The notes beneath the pieces are model-generated. The model was not told where the DNA came from and searched no databases. It worked only from the letters and a program-made list of their open reading frames with translations. A stretch of DNA of 64,000 nucleotides from Stylophora pistillata (Eukaryota). Made by a program: the position numbers and the translations under genes. This document shows positions 25,726 to 38,600 of the stretch, piece by piece. Position 1 is the stretch's first letter; the number at the start of each line of letters is the position of its first letter. The stretch is from assembly GCF_002571385.2 (NCBI RefSeq), contig NW_019217787.1, positions 213,428 to 277,427 of the forward strand. The letters run 5' to 3'.

Positions 25726-25837
25726 TTTTGACGGAAATTACACTTCATACCCCCTGACCGACCTCTCTCTGGGGCCTCTTTGCAGCTCACCATGAGGTTG
25801 AAGATGGATGCACTCTAACGTGATCTACAGATGGCTA

Positions 25838-25988
25838 AAGGCTGATAGTTTCGAAAGAAACTGTTTGGGGCTGCGTCGGTGGGAGTAACGAAATAATTTG
25901 GATATATCAACAAAGTTGAAATGGTAAATTTGCCACCGTAATGATTACAAAAGCTGACGTTTCGAGCGTTAGCCCTTCGTCGGAGCGA
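25838..25988 (-). mobile_element. Penelope-like terminal repeat with minimal hammerhead motif
   Basis: Near-identical to 55037-55183. Hammerhead-like sequence at 25953-25987. Confidence 0.8.
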
Positions 25989-26676
25989 TGGCTAGCCTCG
26001 GATTTCATTTTGCAAGGAAACGTTTGGCAAACTTGGGCTCCGTTTAATTGAAAATTGGTGTCCTACATTTGTAGTAAACGTTGCTTGAACCTGACGAACT
26101 AAATAGGAACTACGATAAGTGAATCTTGCATATCAAACACCTTTTATATGTTTAAATCCAGCTAATATTTCTCTCTCGGGGGTTTTTAAAGATCCAAGGC
26201 TACATGCGCTTCATTTGAAAAAGAAGGGGCGATGGCGAAGATACTCTACATGTTGATATTTCTATATGACATCCACAGTTTTTACATATAATGACTTCTC
26301 CTGATAATTTACTTTCCCGGGACAGAATATTTTTTAATAACTAAGCATGATGTTTGATCATTTTGCCGTGTTCAGTTCTCCCTACGAGGAACAGACCAAG
26401 GTGTTTACATCACCGACATTATCAGTCCGTCCTTAACCCCGAATTCTTCCTTTCACCACCAAAGCTACATCTCCGAAGATTCTATACATTTTTTTTAAAT
26501 AGTGGGCAATTATCAATCGTTAATTCCTTATACCTTAAATTCTTCGAAAAAATTGTTCATCTCGTAAGCAAGAATCCACATCTGTTACGTAATAGTCAAA
26601 TTTCCAAAAGTATCATCAACCGTCTCGTTTTCAGCCCTTCACATAACCTAGGCCTGAGTTAAAAAACTGATAATGC

Positions 26677-29600
26677 TTAAATAACGCTGTGCGGGTCACC
26701 ACCTGCTTTGCATCTTCTTGTTGCTTCAAGGAATCCTGAAAAAAGAATGAGGTAAAGATAAATGCTACAGAACGATTGCCTGAAGATATAAGCTATGGTT
26801 TTACAATCAAAGTAATCACTCGCGCACCAATTAACCCTATTCGTACCAGTTTTCTCTTCATGAAAGACGATCTGAGTGCTCAAAGAGAGAACCTTAACTA
26901 AGTAACAAAAAAAGAAAAAAAAGGAAAAATCAAAAAGTAAAAAAAATGCAATTTTCTGGTATACCTTTTGGTGGCTGTCACAGTGATCTCCAGTTTGGTA
27001 CGCAGGCCCCGCGCCTGAATAGGAACTGAGTGGCAATAAGTTGAATCGAGGTGGATTGGGTGCTAACGGCATAACTTTGTGTTGGTCGTGGGAGCCTGGG
27101 GAAGGCCGTTGTGTAACTCCAAAGGAATGAGAAAAGTGCTTGTCAAGACTGGATAAGACGCCGAATAAAACCTGAAAAACAAAGGGGTATGAAAGAAAAT
27201 TTTTTACACGAAATATGGCATTGAGTAGAGTTTTGACTCAAGTAGCCAAGCTCACATCTCAAAATGTCCAAATTTGGCTTCGAATGCTTTCATGAGAACA
27301 AAATCAAATTTAGGCCATTGGCGGAAGGTATCTGGTCACTTCGCCGACATGTCAGCCCGTCGACAAAAATTTTAATGAACTCGCTGACAGTCGTCTTTGG
27401 TCAACTCACCAATATACTTGTCAACAAAGGCTGATAGTTTCTAAAGAAACTGTCTGGGGCCGCGTCGGTGGGGGTAACGAAANNNNNNNNNNNNNNNNNN
27501 NNNNNNNNNNNNNNNNNNNNNNNNNNNNNNNNNNNNNNNNNNNNNNNNNNNNNNNNNNNNNNNNNNNNNNNNNNNNNNNNNNNNNNNNNNNNNNNNNNNN
27601 NNNNNNNNNNNNNNNNNNNNNNNNNNNNNNNNNNNNNNNNNNNNNNNNNNNNNNNNNNNNNNNNNNNNNNNNNNNNNNNNNNNNNNNNNNNNNNNNNNNN
27701 NNNNNNNNNNNNNNNNNNNNNNNNNNNNNNNNNNNNNNNNNNNNNNNNNNNNNNNNNNNNNNNNNNNNNNNNNNNNNNNNNNNNNNNNNNNNNNNNNNNN
27801 NNNNNNNNNNNNNNNNNNNNNNNNNNNNNNNNNNNNNNNNNNNNNNNNNNNNNNNNNNNNNNNNNNNNNNNNNNNNNNNNNNNNNNNNNNNNNNNNNNNN
27901 NNNNNNNNNNNNNNNNNNNNNNNNNNNNNNNNNNNNNNNNNNNNNNNNNNNNNNNNNNNNNNNNNNNNNNNNNNNNNNNNNNNNNNNNNNNNNNNNNNNN
28001 NNNNNNNNNNNNNNNNNNNNNNNNNNNNNNNNNNNNNNNNNNNNNNNNNNNNNNNNNNNNNNNNNNNNNNNNNNNNNNNNNNNNNNNNNNNNNNNNNNNN
28101 NNNNNNNNNNNNNNNNNNNNNNNNNNNNNNNNNNNNNNNNNNNNNNNNNNNNNNNNNNNNNNNNNNNNNNNNNNNNNNNNNNNNNNNNNNNNNNNNNNNN
28201 NNNNNNNNNNNNNNNNNNNNNNNNNNNNNNNNNNNNNNNNNNNNNNNNNNNNNNNNNNNNNNNNNNNNNNNNNNNNNNNNNNNNNNNNNNNNNNNNNNNN
28301 NNNNNNNNNNNNNNNNNNNNNNNNNNNNNNNNNNNNNNNNNNNNNNNNNNNNNNNNNNNNNNNNNNNNNNNNNNNNNNNNNNNNNNNNNNNNNNNNNNNN
28401 NNNNNNNNNNNNNNNNNNNNNNNNNNNNNNAGTAAGGTTTGCTAGCTCTTTAGCTGCCTTAAGTCAATTTGTATCTAACATGCTTCCTTCTTTACGCAAA
28501 GCTGTATGCAAATGAACAAAAATGTAAACAATGACGTCAGCATGAATCCGCCTATTGATGGGAACATGGCAACGAGAAAAACACAAATAAATTAGTGGAA
28601 TGAAAAGCGTTCGTTGATCTCTGTGGGATTTAGACTGCCAGTTTGAAAGATGAGCTTTTTTTTTTGTATATACTTGTCACTTTGCCGACATCCTAATTAA
28701 TATTTAAACATACAGTAAATGCAAACCTAGTTAGTTAACCTTCACTGAATGTATTGAGTTGATCAGTGGTGTTGGCAGGCTAACCAAATGTGTCGGCGAG
28801 TCGACAAATGGCGAAAAACAAAACTTTTTACCCAGGGAAAGTCCCAGCTTGGGTTTCTGAGAATGCGCATATTACTCCCGTATAATCTATTTTGGCTTTC
28901 ACATTACTAATGTAAATGTGGACGCATCTGTAGTTACATTTCACAGTATGAGTACTTCGCATCAATTCGGGTTTACTTAAACAAACGAATACGAAGGATG
29001 TTTATGGCATCAGTCTGTCAGAGTTTGACACTCCATTTACCGGTCCCTCTCGCTGCGTGAATACGAGCCCGCTGACATACAAGATAAAGTTGTGGTATAA
29101 GCCAATTCATGTTGGGGGCACAGAAATTCATAACTGTGAACCCCTCGTAAAAATTTTAGCTGCGCTGTGCACTTACCCCGCATTTTTGCAGCTGTCTGTT
29201 CACGTTTGTTGTCACGTGAGGAGAAAACACATCTAGATCAAACGGATCGACGCAGCTTTCTAACGCGTCTATCACATGTTCCAGCCGCCTTGAAAACTCC
29301 GAATCATCATCTTCGACCCGGCCCATGAGGATTGTTGATACGAATCTAAGGTCAAACAGTATCTGTAGGGCGTGGTTTTGAGTCAAACTCGATTTGTGCT
29401 CCTTGACTAATTTCTCGTGTGTTGACAGAACCCCATGTGCCAGGTTACTCACCAGCTCTTTAAGTAATGTCCTAGAAAGGAAAAAATGTTAGTGGTATTC
29501 ATCAAAGTAAAAGATAAAATTTTATGAAGCTGGTCCTCGTTTTTATCCAAGGCGAAGGTGGTAAGAAAAGCTGAATTATTCTACTGAGACGCATCAAAAT

Positions 29601-32600
29601 TTTGCGGCTTTTAATTTGTGCGAATTTCGCGCTTTGGCCTTGATCCACACAAATAACTTCCCGCACAAAAAAAATTAAAAATAAAGAATCAACCAAACAA
29701 ACAGAGAAACAAAAATACGCATAAAAGAACACTGTAATAGTTTATTACTATAATTTCATACAACAGGGAAGAAGGCACGTGCTGGTCTCTTGTTTTAATT
29801 TGTTGCTATTTTGTCAGTCCTTTAAGGCTTAAACATATTTCTGTTATATAGAGTGTACTGGAATAGCGTTTCTTCCTTGCCAACGCAAAAAAACCGCCAT
29901 TCGGCGGAGTAGATATCCCGAAAAACATTTTCTAAGCCCTTGGGTGTCGGTTCGCCAGAGCTACGGTAATAGCTCTGAATTTGGTTAAATGTGAAGATTT
30001 CTTTCTTTAACGCAAATTCGAGGCTGGCTTTGCGAAATGAGTATCTAACACTGCTACCATATTGTTACCTTTGCAGAGCGTGCGCCCCTGTTCTGTTGAG
30101 CTCTTGGCATAGATTGAACAGCAAAGACATAAGATGAGAAGACACCTATGGGTAAAGTAACAGCACCCATTAAAACCAAAAAAATCTTACAACGATAACA
30201 GCCTTCAACAAAAAATACCTGGGATGGAACTTTTATAATGGACTCTATCTTCTTCCCCTCTTCTGTTTCTTCTTCAATTTTGATTGATTCCCAGTTCTAT
30301 GGAAAGAAAGCCTGCATTTGAAATTTCTGAATATAAAAGTTTTACCTGTTTTTACAATCCCAATTACAGACGGCTATAACATTTGATTAAAATAAAGTAC
30401 TATTAACGTAACGAAAAGACTCACAGAAGAACATGTAGTGAAGCGCCGATCATCAATTGTAAAATTTTGAATTTACTAGTGTGAGTCAAAGGCGTTCCGA
30501 TATCTCAGGGTTGCGTCGAACGTAATATGTTTGAACGGAAATGAAAAAGAGAGGGTAACTTGCAAACGCTGTCAAGTGATCCTTACACTTTAAATTTGCA
30601 TGTACTGTTATATATGACATTTGTGTTCCAGTTGTTGCCATACTCAGAGATTACAGAGGCACGAAGTAAAATGATGATCTACTTCACGCGAAGATAGGAG
30701 CAACACTGCAACAAACGTATCCGAATATAAACCCCTTTAGCACATTTTCCAACCAAGAAAAGCTACCATGATGTAAGCGGGACCGAACTCCACTATATTG
30801 TGCATGAGAATTTCATCTCCCGGCACCCTAACTTGCCCCTTTTCTAGACCAAGTAATCAAACAGCAACACGTGATCACCACTCAAGTAACGCGTCTTGCA
30901 GAGGCACCATAAAAACTTCCCACAAGACAAGTTGGACTGAAATAGTAAAATTGTTTAGTATTAAATGACCAAGTTTGATTCACTGGCGGAACACTGAGTA
31001 ACTTACGGTTATGGTCAGCAAAAATGAGCTTTTGTCGCCGTGAATCAACGTCGCTTCCAAAGAGGACAAAAAGAGCACTGATATCCAATCTTTCCATAAC
31101 CTGAAGAACATAAATTGGACACAGAGTTAACCCCGTGCCCCTAACAGTAACTAGCATTCAATTTCTATTTACAGTATCACCTCCGAATCACACATTAATG
31201 TCATCAATGAAAAGAAAGCAAATGGTCACTAACTAAAACAGCTCTTGATTATTAAACAAATTCTCCTTGTCAGCACCTTAGGAAGTGTATAGGGAACAGT
31301 ATGGAGAGTATGCATACTGATTTAGTAATGAGAGTCCGCTATTGAGAATCTGTAGTTAGCACCAAGAGAGGAGCTTATCCTAATATAAACGTTTAATTGT
31401 CAGTTTGGCGCAATAACGGTTGGGTCGAGTTGTTAGTTGACGTATAAAGATGGACATTAGCTAAACGTATTCCAGCCTGTAAAATAAGTCTTGACTGGAA
31501 GCTTTTTAGCAAATCAAGATTATACATTAGAAAAACGCGGCAAGAAGTCCCTGTTCAATACATGTACGTCAAATCTTCGAATCAAGGTGACGTTACTTAA
31601 GAACGATCATCGTCATAATGATTACACCGATATGGTCGAACAGACAAACTTTACCATTGATAAGTACTCATTTCCTCTTCAAAATCAAATGCAACGAGTA
31701 TGCTTCGTTTCCTGCCGAAAAATTAGTTACAGCTTCGAACAACATCTGCGAGTTCAACAACTTTCTTTACCTGTATGTAGTAAGGTACCTCTGTCTAAGA
31801 AAACTGGCCAATTCTGCCATCTTACCGCCTTTGCCTGGTTCTCCCTGCTGTTTAAAGATTCAAAGCGACAGTAGATGTGCTTTACAGCAATCAGGATGAA
31901 TGAAATGCTATAGTTTGTAACAAGTAGCTAAACACCCAGGCCTTGCCCCTACCCTCCCCCCAACATTGAATTGTTTTTGCTTTTAGGTAACCCAACAACT
32001 ACAATGGTTGTCCACGACATCAAAAAAAAAATATCACAAAAAAACTAAAATCGAAACAGTTATCAAGCCACATGCTACTATCTATGTATTTCAAGACGTT
32101 CTTTTGTCAAGTCTGTACTACTAATGACAACACTTAACGACACTGTATGATGTACCGTCAGACTAAGAAACCCGCATGGCACAAGTCGTTGACGGCCTCT
32201 CATCCCGAAAGCTAGTGTCATTATTAATACTAACCTTTTTCTTTAATGAGCTGGAAGACTTTCTGTTGAAATAATGTCATTAACACTTGTTTAAAGTTTC
32301 ATCTATGATTTACGCGTTCGGTGGGAAGAGCAGAAAACGAAGTACTACGTTAATATTGTTAAGCTTGAAATATAACGAATGAATGGTAAATTCTGGTGAG
32401 AAGATTCACATCTTTAGAACAAAAGCAAACATGACATTCCTTTGTTATTCAGATTTATCACCTGATAACGGAAATGTATGGCACCGTAAAGATTTTCTTA
32501 GGAGCCGACCATTTAACTTTANNNNNNNNNNNNNNNNNNNNNNNNNNNNNNNNNNNNNNNNNNNNNNNNNNNNNNNNNNNNNNNNNNNNNNNNNNNNNNN

Positions 32601-35600
32601 NNNNNNNNNNNNNNNNNNNNNNNNNNNNNNNNNNNNNNNNNNNNNNNNNNNNNNNNNNNNNNNNNNNNNNNNNNNNNNNNNNNNNNNNNNNNNNNNNNNN
32701 NNNNNNNNNNNNNNNNNNNNNNNNNNNNNNNNNNNNNNNNNNNNNNNNNNNNNNNNNNNNNNNNNNNNNNNNNNNNNNNNNNNNNNNNNNNNNNNNNNNN
32801 NNNNNNNNNNNNNNNNNNNNNNNNNNNNNNNNNNNNNNNNNNNNNNNNNNNNNNNNNNNNNNNNNNNNNNNNNNNNNNNNNNNNNNNNNNNNNNNNNNNN
32901 NNNNNNNNNNNNNNNNNNNNNNNNNNNNNNNNNNNNNNNNNNNNNNNNNNNNNNNNNNNNNNNNNNNNNNNNNNNNNNNNNNNNNNNNNNNNNNNNNNNN
33001 NNNNNNNNNNNNNNNNNNNNNNNNNNNNNNNNNNNNNNNNNNNNNNNNNNNNNNNNNNNNNNNNNNNNNNNNNNNNNNNNNNNNNNNNNNNNNNNNNNNN
33101 NNNNNNNNNNNNNNNNNNNNNNNNNNNNNNNNNNNNNNNNNNNNNNNNNNNNNNNNNNNNNNNNNNNNNNNNNNNNNNNNNNNNNNNNNNCAAAACAACT
33201 AAATCCTCGATAGCAGAACCCACCACTTCGGGTTTAGAAGAAGAAAGGTCGTAAGACCCAGTTTCTAAGATAGCAATATCGGGAGATAAGTCCCGAACTA
33301 CATGGAGATCAAAAGACTTTTAATAGTTTGTCGATAGTCTGGCCACCCACACCATGCAAGCGAACCGACGCTGTGCCCCGAAGATGGAAATCTATCCGTG
33401 CCCTTCGGTCAAAACCTGCCATTAGATCTCGATTTAATCGCTTAACAAAAGAATGACCTAAGATAAGCACTGAAGAATCCCCACTAAGGGGCCGACCATT
33501 TAACCCTTGAGGGGGGGGTGGGTGATTTTGAAAAAAAAATTCCTGCAAGCGCATTTTGGAAGAAAAAAATAGCATGCAGCCCAAATGTAACAGAAAAAAA
33601 CAGCATTTGGAACGGAAAAAATATCTTGCCCAGCAGATTGCCAGAAAAAAATTTCTCGATGACCAGAAATCACCCACCCACCCCCCCTCAAAAGTTAAAT
33701 AGTCGGCCCCTAAAGCTAATGAGACAAGAAAATAATGCCAAGCGTTCCGAATGGAGGAAATGTGGGTTGCGTGGTTACGCACAGAAAGATGCAGCTACGC
33801 TACTGATAGAAACATTTTAACTTCCTGTTGGACGTGACACCATGGTTTCTCTAGAAACTTACCCCCCTTCATTTTTTTCGATGGGGTTTATATATTATAT
33901 ATTATATATTATAGAACCCAACAGCTCACCCATAATAGAATCATTTAGCTTTGCGTGGGTAACAAAAAAAATCAAAACAAAAATCCGATGCTCTTTTCTG
34001 ATGCTATCTAATGATCTCACAGACTATCTAATGATTTCCTGCCTTTTTTCGGTAATTTAAAAACGTGACGGTTCCCTTTAAGTGACAACTTCCTTTAAGC
34101 TATGTTTAAAAAAAGTTTGAGTCGGCTGGAAGGAACGAGAGGAGGTCTGGGCCTTCAGGCCTGGATGCCTTGGAAAAAGCAAGCGACAACACAGTAGCTT
34201 TTCCAGTTGAATGTCAATTCACTGTCAAAGACATCTCCTTTCCACAACTTCCAAAGCGGGGGCAGTTGCTACACGAACGACAGATATTTAAGCCTAGTAG
34301 TCTTGAAAGACACTGAAGCCACAATCAAGTAAACCGACACTGACCTAAGAGTTGCTCGACCTTTTGTCTCTGTTTCTTGTCCCTCCATGACCAGTTTAAG
34401 ATTACCGCACTGTTCAGTGAAAGAGTGACACAGTCGACCAAGGAACAGAACTCTATAAACAACAAAAGCTGATTTCAACTGAGAGAATATAATTGCTTTG
34501 GATTAGCAAACGCATAGAAAAACACCTACGTGTCAAAAATGTGCGCCAACAGTTTCACAAACAAAGCGTAAAACACGAGTAATTACTATAAACGTTTTCC
34601 TACGGAACACTATGTCAATAAGAACATTTGCGGTTTTGTTAGTTTGTATATATTAAAACAGTGGAGAGCATTAAAGGTGCACACTGATTGGCTACTCAAA
34701 CACCTAATATTCTTGGCTATTCACCTCCGAGCCTCCCCCCCGGATTTGCGCCCGAAAATATTGTAATCGTTGCAGGAATAAATGAGTTAAAATCATCTCT
34801 TTGTTCCGTATAATCTCACTGTTTTGGTATTTCTAATAGAAGTATTCGCCTCAATGTCCGTGGCTAGCGGAGGATAATTTTCTCGCCACTTCGCGGCTCG
34901 GTAAATATCAACTTCACTTCGGTGAACAGTTGTTCCTCATAGTAACTTTGGAAAGACAATGGCTACACGATGTACCAAATGTACTTTTGGATAGTATACG
35001 AGCCATTGAGTTGTAGATGCTTCATGGAGAAGCGTTTCACTCTGGCCTCGATCGCGCTGCATGTTTTTGAAGGGCGTGGTAAAGTAATCTATGGTGAACT
35101 AAACATGGGATCATTACCTGTCAATACACACTGTGTCAAACAATGATTCGGATCTCATCGTAAACACTTCCTCTGATTCTAACTTCAATTTGTTTGCAAG
35201 ACTGGTTACGATGTCATCAATAGATTGCAATAACCTAGAGAGTAAAAAGAAAGAACTAAACTTGGTACTCAAGGTGCACACGAGAGGTGCACTTTTGGAC
35301 GATTTCATTCTCAACGAAGTGGTGAAAATATTGAGAAGACAATGAAAAATAAGGTACACCAAACCGCATCCACAATACCTAACCATAACAAACTGATAAT
35401 TTCACTTTGTTTGTCATCAGAGCTTGAAAGCAAACACTGACAAAAAAGACACCGATATCTTCATATCACCACAAAACTGAGAAAAGTGTGGACTACTGCC
35501 TGTACCAGCTCCCAATTCAAACTGAGATTTTTGACACCTAACACCAAGTTGATTTGCCTAAGGAACTCTTAAATCAATAAACTACTTGAGTTATTCTGTT

Positions 35601-38600
35601 AAATTACTTTCTCTGTCATGGGCAAACGCGCAGTTGTGCACACGTGTGGTACATAAAGTTGGAGGAAATCAATGGAGGTATTGGACTCCGCTTTGGCGCG
35701 CGCACAAACCGCTTCTCTTAAGCTATTCCAATACAGTTCCGGTACAGCATTTTCACTCACAAGAGCAGCTACTCTATCTCTTATCGTCAGAGATATAAGG
35801 TAAGAAAATTCTACGGGCCCCCCTCCCCTCCAATACATGATGCCTTCACAACGTTCAACTGATATCCTACTGAAGCACTGTTCACGATTAAGAAGAACTT
35901 TTAATAGATATCTCACTTACTGGCTAAAAGCAGAAAAGCAAGTTTCACGGAGAAAAGACTGGATTTCACTTGCGGTGCCAAAGCGATCGAATGGTTCTGT
36001 TTCGTCAGATGTCTTGTTTTTGTTAAGCAACGACAACTCGAACGCTTTACTAACTGAAGTTCTCTTGGTCAAGTCGGAACCTTGGGCTTTTTGCGCATCT
36101 GATATGAAGTGTTGAGCGTCTTCAAGAATTGCCGCTAACTTCTCATCCACTGCTTTACATAATCTGCAAAAGAAGACAAGTCATCGTCATACGATTGTAA
36201 CATACTGTACAATGTCACATACTGCACAATGAATGGAGAAGATCTTCTGTTCTGTAAATATTCAGATCAATTCAAAGTGGAACCATGCCATACTGAATCT
36301 GTTCATTTTGCCCCGAATGAATCATAAGTATCGTTCATTTCCCTATTCTGAAGACCATTCATCCAATTCCGAAAAATACCGGTCTTGCGACTTCATGTTT
36401 ATGGACAAGCGCTTGTCTCATTACCGTTTCAGCCTGTTCGCGATACTCAGTGATGAAAATTGTATAATTTGCCGTTTGACTATTTAACATCTTGATAACA
36501 GTTTAATAACATTTCAAGCAGATTAACTCAAACAATGACCAGTCGCACTGACCAACCGGTAACCATTTGGCATAACGTGGGTGCACAAAGCCCGCATTAT
36601 GTTACCTTTGTACAGCAGGAGTGCAGACTCGTGCCTTCAGGGCAAGTCCACTTTCTTGTTCGTTATTTGCAGCAGTGTTTATCTGTGTTCCCCGCCAAAA
36701 TGTTCTAGGGACATCACTTGGACACTCCTGCCAAACATACATGGCTATGTCCCTTTCCCAGAGTACGTTGAGGTCAGTGTTAGTGGCGTTATGATAAGAA
36801 ATCTCATCTAGTGTGTTGGTAATCATGTTCTTACATGATGACATAGTGGCATCGAATAGACTTCGCAAAATATCCTACAATATGAGACAGATATTATTTA
36901 ATAAAATGTTGAGGTCCAGACAGAAAAGAAAATATTAAAGGAAGTAGTTTTCCGGTGGTACGGAAAATATCTAAATTCCAGCCTAGTTTATCGTACAACA
37001 GTCAGTCTCTTGTGGTGAGAGAAGATGGGAAGCTCTGACCAGTTACACGGAGAACTTTCCATCCATCTTCGTAGAAACAGACTTTCATGTCAAGACAAAA
37101 ATCAAGGGACTAATTGTGCTCTTTTAGCTGTGAGAAAAATAGTTTCCTCGGTTCCCTTCTCTTCTATCTATTTCACTTTTCCTCTACTTCAAATTTCTTT
37201 TCATCTTTATTTCCTTTCTGCTCTGAAACACACGTGCGCACAGGTGCCCTAGAAAACGTTTGTTTGTTTGTTTTTTATTACAACTGATGGAGAGGACGAT
37301 ACAAGTACTTCATACCTGAGCTCTAGAGAGGAATGGTCTTTGAAGAAACTCGTTCCATATGGATAAATCACGTCCTAATACATTATTACAAAGAGTTGAC
37401 CAGGCAAGGGTGCAGTCTCCTGAGGCAGTGCTGGTCTGAAGAATAATTCAACAGAGAAAGACACATTGGGACGCGTATTCAGCAACCAGCTACAAAGTCA
37501 TCCTTTGCGTTATAAGAGAACTACGGAATACCTTCTCTCTTTATAAGTTCATTTACGTCTAACCGGCGCTCTTTACTTCATCTCAAACAGACATGGCGTC
37601 GAATCGTAATTGAAACTTTAATCATATATGCTCAATGATCCCACTGAACAGGTTTTCTCAAAAACCATGGATTTGAGAATAGAGTAAATTATGGGAACTC
37701 TTAACGTGAGATTACAATGATCAATAAACGTCGGTTAACGCTGGGGCAACATAGTCCATAATTTCACTGACAGCGTTAAGAAAACCTGAAACTGCAGACA
37801 AACAGAGAAGCCAAAATGAGGCAGAAACGACTTCCATTCAAATACTGCTCGAGCTGCCACCCTCAATCGTGTAATTTTCTTTTACCCAGTAGCGGATCAA
37901 GTATGGACGACAATGCAACTCAAGTTGAGAAGGAGGAGTTTCCCATAAAATGATTAAGTTGCTGGTCTCGACAACCACTTATACAACTCCGGGTTTGTAT
38001 CCCTCATTTAACTATTATAATGATCTGAATATCCACAATACCTGCTTCAGTAGGTCCCACACTGCATCTCGTAAAGAGGCCAGGCCTTTGAGACTGCCCA
38101 CGTATTTCAGGAGATTACTCACTGCAGCTGTTACATCCTTGATACACCTAACATAAATTAGTTGCCGGTTCCAAGAACAAACCCGCGCATTAGTTTATTC
38201 GCCCATGATAATTCATGCTGTACGAAAGAATAGCAGTGACGGCTGGAAAAAGGAATCCCTCTCAAATTACACTTATTTCTCCACTAAAAGTGTGGTTCTA
38301 GAGAGATTCCTTTTCGAGAACTACCACCCAGACAGAGAGGGGGTATAAAAAGACACAAGTTTTTCTCTTTGAATAGTAGGGTAAACCATTCCTTTTTAAA
38401 AAATTGCTTTGTCGTAAAACCAAAACTAAAGTAATCTCAACAGCCAATCAGAAAAAAGATAATATCAGAACGCAAGTAAAACTGAGCCAATTGACCAAAG
38501 CGCGAGAAAACAACCAACTATGTCGTGATTGGATAGTTTGGTTTTATCAACTGAGTTGATAATATAAACGAAACGGTTGAAAATCAGATGCTATCAGATG

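Larger units (their letters stand above)
23027..25749. mobile_element. Internally deleted IS3EU-like DNA transposon with minisatellite-containing TIRs
   Basis: Left end TATAAAGTGTAATTACCGACAAAATTTAAGACATTC; right end reverse complement TATGAAGTGTAATTTCCGTCAAAATTTAAGACATTC. 6-bp TSD CCCCCT at 23021-23026 and 25750-25755. TAY..RTA termini with a 6-bp TSD are the recalled IS3EU signature. Confidence 0.8.

Noticed and set aside
27468-28445. Long ORFs of X (also 32383-33226, 43125-43594)
   Set aside because: Artefacts of N gaps.
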